A stretch of DNA of 63,573 nt, counting the filler, from Octopus bimaculoides (Eukaryota): the NCBI RefSeq assembly GCF_001194135.2. It is 5 parts of 4 records of this genome, joined end to end, with 100 filler letters (N's around TTAATTAATTAA, not from the genome) between each part and the next. Parts side by side here need not be neighbours in the genome. Positions count along the whole stretch, not along the records: positions 40,229 to 53,764 come from NC_068983.1; positions 53,865 to 61,624 come from NC_068982.1; positions 61,725 to 63,573 come from NC_068982.1; 2 more parts are not named here. One strand, written 5' to 3'. Under the pieces are notes generated by a model. The model did no database searches and was not told the DNA's origin. It was given only the letters and a program-made list of their open reading frames with translations. The position numbers and the translations under genes were made by a program. Positions within the stretch are counted from its first letter, which is position 1. The number at the start of each line of letters is the position of its first letter. This document shows, piece after piece, positions 53,488-63,573 of this stretch.

Positions 53488-53721
53488 TGATGATGATAAT
53501 AATAAGGTATTGGAGGGGCAATGCATAGCCTGCGCGCAGATAATTTTTTTCGCAAATTATAGTGTGGCTTACAATGCGTTGCTTACCCATACTTTTTAGT
53601 TGAACTGAATTAATTTTTTTTTCTTATTATCTTTTTTATAGTATCACCATTATAGGTATTTATATACCGGTGAAATTAACAAATCAACTCGTCAACAAAC
53701 GAAACCCTCGAATCCATCAGT

Positions 53722-53764
<43 letters not shown>

Positions 53765-53864
53765 NNNNNNNNNNNNNNNNNNNNNNNNNNNNNNNNNNNN
53801 NNNNNNNNTTAATTAATTAANNNNNNNNNNNNNNNNNNNNNNNNNNNNNNNNNNNNNNNNNNNN

Positions 53865-54010
53865 TGCACTACTGGGTAGCGCACACATTCTACGCAAAAC
53901 ACTTTCAATACAGTAAACATAAGAGCACCACAGCAAACCACAGCACATACCCAAGGCGCACAGAGCTGCGCTCGGTAGTGAAGTGAAAGCACGCTATAAA
54001 AATAAAACTA

Positions 54011-54012
<2 letters not shown>
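53865..54012 (+). mobile_element. Dong-like 3' terminus with (TAA)n tail
   Basis: Near-identical to the reverse complement of 4678-4828 (ALLG.AHILRKTLSIQ* plus 3' UTR). Confidence 0.9.
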
Positions 54013-54066
<54 letters not shown>

Positions 54067-54114
54067 CAATAAGGATAATGATGATGATGATTCTTTTAGT
54101 TTTTTGTTTGGTAG

Positions 54115-54679
54115 GTGATGAGTGTACAGCCAGACATGGAACAGCTGTTGTTTCCACTTCGTACCTCTACTTCTGGTTTTCTCTCTGAAACGTCGGTATG
54201 ATATCCCTTCGTCATATCTCATTTGATAGCCTTCGAAGTTCATTACGACCTGCTTTGGTATGCAGGTCTTATATAACCACATGTCATATCTTATCACATT
54301 AATACTAACCTCGCGTGTCATCCCTGTTATATTGTGTCCATTCATGTATTGTAAGATAAGCATATAAGCGTGAGTACGGAACATTATTTTTCTCTGCTTT
54401 CATAATAATTCAGCAATTCTAACGTCCAGATTCACACTAATAAATCCCCTGTTTCTATTAAGACACCTATCAGTTAGGGTTTCATAAACGCTTTTTGTGA
54501 GGGCTTATAAAAACTCAGTCCAAATTTAGAGGAATATTACATTTTCCCTTGCCTGTCTTTGTATTCCTCAGGCAAGATGGTACACGAGCACGGCCGACTC
54601 CACGACAAGCAGTACCATGGCCACGAGTACAGCTACGAACACGGCCAGTTTTCTACGCTCTCTCTTTCATAGTTCTTGA
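54115..54679 (+). CDS. Candidate two-exon Ser/Thr-rich coding segment (54115-54195 and 54572-54679)
   Basis: tttttgtttggtag|81 nt|gtatga, then a long pyrimidine tract cctcag|; spliced phase 0 gives VMSVQPDMEQLLFPLRTSTSGFLSETS-ARWYTSTADSTTSSTMATSTATNTASFLRSLFHSS*; frame ambiguous. Confidence 0.3.
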
Positions 54680-54794
54680 AAACATCTTGGAGTTCGATGG
54701 TCAGTGTGAGCGTAGTTATCCCACAGACGGTGATGCCTACTCGTCCAGACGGAGGGTGAAGAAGCTGGGTATTGAAATCAATACAGCACAGTCA

Positions 54795-55680
54795 GAGCTA
54801 ATAATGCCCATGTTGACAATGCCCTTACCCATCAATGGTTGATGGCTTCTGGCTTAAATTCAGAAATAGAAGCAGCCCAAGACCAATGCCTACCTACAGG
54901 AAACTACCAGGCCAACATATTAAAGCACAGCAACTTCCCAACATGTGCTTGACAACAACAAAATGAAACCTTTGATCATCTTGTCTCCAGGTGTAGTCTT
55001 CTTGCGCCTACAGAGTATCTCAATAGGCATGATACAGCATGATAGATCTTCACAATGTAATCACAGGGGGATTTGCAAAAACCTGGACCAGTCCCATGAT
55101 AAAAATTGGTGGGAACAAAAACAACCCCCAGTACTTGAAAAGGATCACATCTCACTCCTCTGGAACTTCACTATTCAAACTGACAGAAAGATAGATGCAA
55201 ATAGGCCAGGCATTGTATTGAAAGACTTCAGACAAAAATCAGGCCTTCTCATTGATATGACTGTCCCAATCGATATAAACATATCTGTTAAGACTGACCA
55301 AAAACTGAGCGAGTATAAAGATTTTGAAATAGAAATTGGCAAAATGTGAAACCTGGCAAAATGAGGACTAAAACAATACCTGTTGTCATAGGTGCCCTAG
55401 GAATGATAGCAAAATGGGCTGATTCCTACCTACCTCAGATAGCAGGAAACCCCAAAAATGGCAGAAATTCAAAAGATAGTGGTCATGGGTACTGCCAATA
55501 TCCTACGTAAGATAATTTTCATGTTTTCTTAAACATTCTCTAGAACAATACTTTGTGTAGAACCAAATATATGACACCCTAGGTATAACACCAAAATGAA
55601 GGTCTAACTTGTCTCTTGAGGTCTTTGGATGAGACTTGGAACCAACTTGTACAAATGCAAAGCAGAAGCCAAACATAAAT
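54795..55680 (+). pseudogene. R4/Dong-like 3' fragment with (TAA)n tail
   Basis: HQWLMASGL..AAQDQ; LLWNFTIQTDRKIDANRPGIVLKD..LLIDMTVP; PVVIGALG; EIQKIVVMGTANILRK. Confidence 0.85.
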
Positions 55681-56499
55681 TAATAATAATAATAATAATA
55701 ATGATGATAAATGATGATGATGATGATAATGTTTTTTTTAGTTTTAATGTTGATGTCAGTCATGATGATGATTTTAATAATTTTAATATTGATGTTAATA
55801 ATGATGATATCGATGATGATAATAATATTCTTTTCAATCTTTTTTCAGCTACCAATGAAAAACTGCTGTGTGAGTATAAAGCTTATCTATCATATTGTAT
55901 GACTGGCATCATTTATAAATTATGAAATTACGTTTAAGAGAAGAGATAGAGTTCACCAGATTATTGATTTTTTTGAAATATTGAACAATAGAGCACAAGA
56001 TCATCACATTTACTATACTGAATTTAGAATATTGATAGAAATAAGAACAATCAATTTAGCTAATTTATAGTATCAAATCATTTCTCTTTTTTATACTTTT
56101 CATTAACGATATTATCCAACTTATATAACTAAATAATGTCTATGTGCTGTGTTGTCAATAGCACTACGTTTCGGTCTATTAACATTGTCTATTATCAGTT
56201 CTGAATAGCTGTTTTCAAATCATGTTATTGACATATTTCGTTATATATATAATTCTTCAAATCGTTCAAATAGTTTGAAGAATAGAAGAAAAAACAAACG
56301 ATTCTTTCTCGACTCCACCCTACTGATTTGAAAAATAAAAGAACACGTAGTCCCAGATATACGAAAGAAGATGTGGTTGTCATTTTGTGACGTTGCATTT
56401 GTTCAGAGAAGTTAAAGCTCTTCTGGACTGAACAACCGTAACTACATTATCATAGTGTTTGTTATTTGGAAATTTCAGTTATGAATTATTTATATTTTA

Positions 56500-56739
56500 T
56501 CTTTTAATTGTTTCAGCCATTAGACTGCGGCCATGATGGGGCATCGTCTTGAAGAATATATAATCGAATGTATCGACCCCGGTACTTTATTTTTAGGTCT
56601 AGTACTTATACTATCGATCTCTTTTGCCGAAGCGTTAAGTTACGGGGAACATAAACACACCATCACCGGTTGTCAAGCGGTTGACGTAAGGAGTACAAGC
56701 ACAGACAGACAGACAGACACACACACACACACACACTTA

Positions 56740-56788
<49 letters not shown>

Positions 56789-56950
56789 GTGACGGGCTTT
56801 TTTCAGTGTCCGTTTACCAAATCCATTCACAAGACTTTGGTGGGCCCGAGTCTATATTAGAAGACACTTGCCCAAAGTGCCACGCAGTGAGACTGAACCT
56901 GTAACCATGTGGTTGGAAAGCAAGATTCTTACCACGCAGCCAAGCTGCGT
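56500..56950 (-). mobile_element. SINE family B copy with internal (CA)n/(TA)n
   Basis: Colinear with the other family B copies. Confidence 0.85.
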
Positions 56951-57279
56951 CTATGAGGATAGATAATTCATCTTTTCCTGCAAATGCTAGAGTAGTGTCT
57001 TTCAACTGCTTGCACTAAAATGCCTCTTGTTGAAATTGTAAAGTCACAAATAGCCTACCCTCGTTGCATTAGATTTATACTGTGTTATAGACGTGAAATA
57101 TGTGTGTTATTTTCATTTATCTTCTCCCCACCAGACTTCTGTAACTAGCCAAAACGTGTGTTACACGCTGTTTAAGAAACACTTTTCTAAACCAAATATA
57201 TGTATACAATATGTATCTAGAAGACGATCGGAGTTTGATAGGTATGAGGAGTTGAGTTGGAAGACGAATGTAAAATGAA

Positions 57280-57310
<31 letters not shown>

Positions 57311-58029
57311 AAGGTGGTTCATATTCAAATTACTTTCTAAACAGTAGACCATGCACATATGTTTTATATTTAAGAATAAACAGGAAATGTGAAATTGTAT
57401 CGTTCCTGTTCTTATATTTTTTTTCAAGCGTATATAATAAGCGTAAATAGCTGAAGTTAATTCTCTTCAACGCGGAATGTAAAATACGTAGCAGACGTGA
57501 CTTCCCGCTCGCTATAAGTACTGCACGTGCAACATTTTGTTTACCGTTGTTATTCTTGTTTACAACGTTGTAAATCTTGAGCGAGACGAAAACAGATCCA
57601 AAGAAAAAAACATCTCCCATTTTACTCTTATATGTTATAACCAGGCCTATACTATCGAATATTGTCTTTTATCGGTTTTAAATGATTTGTTGTGATATGA
57701 ATGAAATTTAATAGCTATTTCTAATAGGCTTGTAGTATTTTTTCATGAAGGATATTAGTGGTGGTGATATGACTTTTAATATTTTTTATCAAGTGGGTTC
57801 TAATCGTTTTAGATAACGTCAATATCGTAATCGCAATATTACCATCGATTTTAACCTAATTCAACCATTTCACAAGCAACGATGCTCCGCTTTACAAAGA
57901 CCTCTGTAAGCTTATACTATACAGTATGACGCGTATGAAATGCTTAAATCTGTACCTGAATAATTCAGCTGCACCAATGATTTTCTATGTGAACGAAAAT
58001 CTACGAATAGAAATCAATCTTCTTTTATC

Positions 58030-58190
58030 ATTTATTTGTTTTAGTCTGTGGACTGCGGCCCTGCTTGAGAAACTTCCTTGAAAGCTTCTGAACGAAAGTA
58101 TCGCCTCCAATACTTACATTTTAAAGCCTGGCCCTTATTCTGTTGGTCTTTTTCCCAACCAGATAAGGTACGGGTACATACAGAAAAAGA
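58030..58190 (-). mobile_element. Degenerate SINE family B 3' part
   Basis: ttttagtctgtggactgcggccctgcttg. Confidence 0.55.
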
Positions 58191-59439
58191 AACAACATTA
58201 GTTCTCAAGCTCTGGTGGGCGACAAACACGAACTCACCCATATAGATATTTACGTATATAAGATGGTCTCCAAATCCATTCTCAAATATTTCGTCCACCC
58301 GGGGATATGGTACAACACCTCAGGTTTCAATCCGTGGAACTGAGCCTGAAACCTGCCACATTTGCGCCAGGAAATTGTTTTATCCAAATAGTGCTTTGCA
58401 TTATCAGAAACATTAGTATAAGAATGAATGCATTAAGAGGATGTTTGATTTGATCTAAATAGCATTTGATGCATATTGAATGCCTATGATCTGTAAAATA
58501 TTTAAACATCAAACTAACAGGAATTAATCAATAATTTTATATTTGCTATCTAAAAACATTCAGCGATTATAAAATATAATTATTGAAATTTTGTTCTGTT
58601 TATGGCAAATTTGTATCTTGATAAGGAATATAAATGTTTCTTGATTTAATTAAAGGATGATTTGTTTATGGTATCCTATCCATGAAGTAACACTAATTCA
58701 AATGTAACAAATATTATGAGATTTAGTAAACTGAATAAAATCTACAAAACTTTGCTTACTTCCTTTCATAGCTGCATCATTTACAATTGCAAATTTTATT
58801 TAATTACTAATTTTTTGATCATGAAAAATATTAAGTAATTCATTGAAATATTATTAAATTCATGTGAGCTTTTATGTAGCTTAAATTGGCCAATCTATTT
58901 TGGCTCACGTTTCTTCTACCAATACAACATGCAAAATATATTCTTTATCTATAATGTTACAGTTTCCTTTATGTGTTCAGACATCAGGTTTTCTTGTAGA
59001 AAGTCACAACAAGGGATCAAATGAAAGAATATCCCTGCACCAATAATAGGAATGAAGATGTAAAAGCAAAGTAGAAAGACTAGAGCTAGAACAGGAAAGT
59101 ATGATGTACTGGGAACGAAAAATACAGGGATGTACAATAAGGGAACATATCAGTATGAGAAGCTATTAAATCCCAAAGAACTCTTTTCTTAGTTTTGCAG
59201 TCAAAGGCGACTGCTGCATGATTATTACATAGCCTTAGAAACACGTATGAAATGTACTCTAGCAGTTACATGCTAGCGAATATGACATGGGAAAATGTGC
59301 CATGCTTTCAATAATTGTTTTATGTAACCGTAACTAAATATATCCACTCTCTCGACCAGCCTATTCTTGATTTTGCACAACGCCCAGAATGTAGCTGCTT
59401 AATCAAAAAGAATCTGCACTGCCCTCAGCGTGTAGGAAT

Positions 59440-59560
59440 TTTAGCTGAGTAAATTATACATAGATAAAGTTAAATGCTTCTCTCGAATACACAGCGCTTT
59501 GCCCGGTCGAGAAATCGAACCCGTTCTCGTATCGTTTTTGGTCAACAAATTAGCCCCTTG
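59440..59560 (-). mobile_element. Degenerate tRNA-derived SINE head
   Basis: Minus gggttcgatttctcgaccgggc B-box-like motif followed by gctgtgtattcgagagaagcatttaac. Confidence 0.5.
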
Positions 59561-60517
59561 AACACGTACTATTAGAAAAGGCGTGTACAACGAAAGAAAA
59601 GCACTTTGAAATCTAGAATTCATATACTTTGTTAAAAATATCTAATCATTATGTGTGTATGCTAAGAATTAATTTCAGACAGATGTGAGTTGCAGTAAAA
59701 TGATCTAAGAAATTATTTTTTTGTTATTTTTTGAAACCTTTAATCTCTTGAACTATAGATGCTTATAACTAAGGGTTATGTTGTGTATGCCTAAAATCCC
59801 TTATCTCCAGGAAATTAATGTCACATATGTTTTATTTATAGCGGAATATTATCATGTTAACATTTAATTTTTCTCCTTACCTAAATGAAACTGCATCGGT
59901 ATTGAATTAACATTTTAATAGCTTCTTATTTTCATGAATCATAGCAAATATATTCTTTTTAATTACATTTTTGTTTCCAGCTGGAAATTACCTACGTAAC
60001 CTATTTTGGTATTTTGGGAGGATCTGCTGTATAAATATTCTTATCAGCTTTGTGAACACAGATTCTAACATTCTTTACTATTTATTTACGGAATTACACT
60101 GAGCTAAACTAATCTGAACTGGTATAGCTTAATCCATCGTAATTGTTTTTTGCTATTTCCTGCATATAGTCATATGTTCAATTGGTAGTTTTGCTCTCAC
60201 GGTTTCTCCAGCTTTAGATTTCGCTATAATTTAGAAAAATAATAACGTGCTATACAATATAAGGAAGGGTATAGCTGGGATGTAATAATTCTGTAACAAG
60301 TTAAAGAACAATGTGAATTAGAAGAGCTAAGACTGAAAGCAAAATGACACTAAGCGAATTCGGATTACAAGCGTCATCGCCCAGACAGTTATGCACTTGT
60401 TCAAATTCCCTTGAAGCATAATTATATGTTGACTATATTTCATTGATCCAATACATAAACAACGAGATGTCAAGGATTCTATTACTCTTTTACGAGTATC
60501 AGCAATTTCTCTTTCTA

Positions 60518-60615
60518 TGCGCCCTTTTAAAGCCTAGCCAGGCTCATGGGCCCGGTTTCCTGGTTTCAATGGCGTATGCGTTCCCCAGCTGGACGGGACG
60601 CCAGTCCATCGCAGA
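60518..60615 (-). mobile_element. SINE 3' fragment (family E)
   Basis: Minus ctgcgatggactggcgtcccgtccag...gaaaccaggaaaccgggcccatgagcc, resembling a widespread metazoan SINE tail. Confidence 0.55.
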
Positions 60616-61349
60616 TCAGCAATTTCACTAAAGTATTATTCCAAACATGAAGAACGACACCGTGCCTCTACTTTGATACAAATCTATTCCTCTTTTTTGA
60701 CGTACAGTGAGAATATTTTGTAAATACTGAACTGTATTTATTTCGCGAATACTTGACAAGAAAACGCTTAGCAGTTTCAATAATGTTTAAAACATGAATA
60801 TTGATAACTACATCACTGAATATCACATTTAGTAGAACCTGAGGCTAAACGCCTTGTTGTGTTTAGCTACGTCTTTTCAGCTGTTCATATTGCATCTCAC
60901 CTTTCGGGTATCTAACAACAGAAGGAATCGATTAAACTGATCACAGCACCATTCTCAGAATATATTGCTACCTAGTGGTAGGCGAATAAGTAATCACCAT
61001 CTGAATTTTAGTGACATGTATGACAAAATTAACACTGGTAGTTCCACACGAATTAAATGCTCCAAGCCGTCTATTATTTGGTAATAAAGTCATGTGTCTG
61101 CGTGTACATTAATACAAGTTCAATCATGGCTTCTGATTTTTATGCATGTAAATGATACGTATGTATATGTACTTATGTATGCATGTGTGCGTGACTACAA
61201 GTGCACATACACGCAAACACAAATATATACATGTATATATGTGTATGTGTGTATGTGAGAGAGGGAGACCGAGAGATTTGAAGTCAATATATTTTTGCAT
61301 GCATTTAAATACATACAGACATATTCATATATATATATATATATATATA

Positions 61350-61440
61350 CTAGCAGAAATACCCGGCGTTGCCCGGGTTAAAGAGAATAATGATATCTAA
61401 AAACGCCGTCTAGACTACGCAACATCTTTATATATAGAGA
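61350..61440 (-). mobile_element. Complete 91-bp mini-Helitron
   Basis: Minus strand A|TCTCTATATATAAAG...ACCCGG-gcaacg-CCGGGT-atttctg-CTAG|T. Confidence 0.85.
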
Positions 61441-63193
61441 TGTATATACACACACGCACCCAAACACACGTATATATATGTATATCAATATAAATATATG
61501 AAAGTCAATGAAGTTTCGTAAAAGAAGGTGATCATGTACATACTTTCTTGCTGTTGTGATTACAACACCTCGTTGTAAACTATGTTCCTTGTTTTCCCTT
61601 GTGGAGCATATACAAATAGTTTTTNNNNNNNNNNNNNNNNNNNNNNNNNNNNNNNNNNNNNNNNNNNNTTAATTAATTAANNNNNNNNNNNNNNNNNNNN
61701 NNNNNNNNNNNNNNNNNNNNNNNNGTACTGCAAATAAATAAAGAGTTGTATATGCATTTATTATGTGTAGAAAATGTTAATAAGGTAATGTTAAATCATA
61801 TAATCTGTAATAATGTTTTATAACATTAAAAAGTCAATTTAATGAAACAGAAATAATACTTTCAATCCTTTTGCAGTAGTTCAGATTATAGTTTGACAGA
61901 GAACTGCATACTTCCAAGTAAAAATCTAAAACCCAAAACTAAAATGCAAGATAGGCACCCAGACCATTGAGTAAAGTGGTTGGTGTTTGGAAAGGCAGCC
62001 CTTGGACCTGTTGGATCCAAGAGTGATGGTGGTAGCGATTGTGAGGATGTGTGTTTGTGAAGGCAGTGAAGAAGAAGGCAAAAAGTGGAGGTAGATGAGG
62101 AGGATGACAACAAGGTGGGGGAGTCTAGCTGCTTCTCTATTTAAACAAATTATATATGACACAATACTGACTTTATCACATCAAAAATGAAATCTTCCAG
62201 CTCTAATATAGCTGCAATTTAGCTACTGAAAGAGAAACAATTCCTAACAAATACCATGATAATTAATAAGGGATGAACAATGAATAGCTTATTTTCTAGT
62301 TCTAAACAAGGCATAGGCAACATTTTTCAAAAAACTGAACTGCATGAGACACGACTCACCATCAAGTGAGTCACCCTAGTAAAAAAATTCAAGCTAATTT
62401 TTTGTTAGGGAGCCATTCAGAAAGTCCCACAGGCCCACAGTCTGATCATGGCTGTTGTTTAAATATTTTATGAAATTTTACAATACCAGAACTCGTTAAA
62501 GATATCGTTACAAGAAACAAAAACAGAAAGAATTAGTATATTAGTAGACCAGCAACACAGTTTATGAGTCATAACTAAAAAAGAAATTTCAAGATTTCTG
62601 ATCAAATACAAGTACTTTTTTGTTGTATTCCAAGTTAAAGTCATTACATAATAAAAGCAATTGATGTTCTATATAGTTTGTAAATGTCTAAGGAATATTC
62701 ATTTCAAATACTTACACGTTACGAAACTTGTATTGGCATATGATTCACTGTATACCATATTAGAACGGGTCCATATTNNNNNNNNNNNNNNNNNNNNNNN
62801 NNNNNNNNNNNNNNNNNNNNNNNNNNNNNNNNNNNNNNNNNNNNNNNNNNNNNNNNNNNNNNNNNNNNNNNNNNNNNTGGTTGGTAAGCAAGCTACTTAC
62901 CACACAGTCACTCCTGCGCCTGTATTGGGTACACAGTACAGAAATCCTATTTATTTTTCTGCATATTCAGCATGGTTTCCTCCTGATGGCAATACTGTTT
63001 TATGTCTTTTACTTTCTAACTAAAACTTTTCTCTTTGCTATGAGTTTTGGCCAATCAATTCTAGCCTTTTCTCCCATATTTGAAATTTATCTCTTCAACA
63101 GATGTAGCTGTGAAATCAAAATTTTGGGGCATATAGATATGTTTTGATGGACAGTTAATCTGAAACTTCTTTCATATGGCCTGATGACCTATA

Positions 63194-63573
63194 TCTATAC
63201 TATATATAAAACAGAGATGTGTGTGTAATTGCTTATCACGTGAAAACGGCTTCACCATTTACTTCCATACTTGTCATACATGAATAATTTGACCTCGGAT
63301 AAATCTTAGGCTCTTCATTTGATTTTTTTTTTTATCTCTAATTAAAAATAAATAATATTGCTTTATATTTAAGATTCACTTCTTTAAAAAGGTTTCTCAA
63401 TGTCAACTTCCGGTACGGATGTAAAAAAACGGCGACGTCTTTCACTCTCTACTTTTAATGTTCGCTTTCTGTAAACAACTACGATCAATTACTGAAACAC
63501 ATATTTACGAAGTTCATAAATTTAAATATTCCGTACAAGATAGTTTTTAACGTGCTTTTATTTATACGATTTT
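63194..63573 (+). mobile_element. Possible Helitron 5' end (3' end not seen in the window)
   Basis: A|TCTATACTATATATAAAAC start followed by an aaaacggcttcacc block. Confidence 0.4.

Noticed and set aside
54549-54842. ORF segment VQLRTRPVFYALSFIV resembling the pre-M1 region of nicotinic/chemotactile receptors
   Set aside because: Similarity is short, no Cys-loop or further TM segments, and codon periodicity favours another frame

Overview
AT-rich, microsatellite-saturated, N-gapped eukaryotic scaffold. The repeat landscape suggests an octopus-type cephalopod draft genome, which is inference only. No confidently identifiable host protein-coding gene is present: almost all supplied ORFs are translations of simple repeats or N-gaps, and only a few weak candidate exons were seen. 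The window is a mobile-element graveyard. It holds tRNA-headed SINEs of several modular families, many R4/Dong-like RLE non-LTR relics tied to (TAA)n tracts, RTE-clade fragments, mariner, Tc1 and Chapaev3-like transposase pseudogenes, a Helitron Rep relic, a HINE-type element and MITEs. The most notable observations are: (i) three well-formed minimal type I hammerhead ribozyme motifs, one with a compensatory U3:A8 core; (ii) a ~550-bp internally deleted Dong/R4 mini-element whose 5' and 3' ORF ends are fused in frame, embedded in (TAA)n; (iii) a same-strand array of TAA-tailed retroelements; (iv) an RTE-like 3' end carrying tandem C2H2 fingers, with its empty site preserved in an inverted duplicate; (v) a complete 91-bp Helitron. 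All family assignments come from motif recognition by eye, not database searches.
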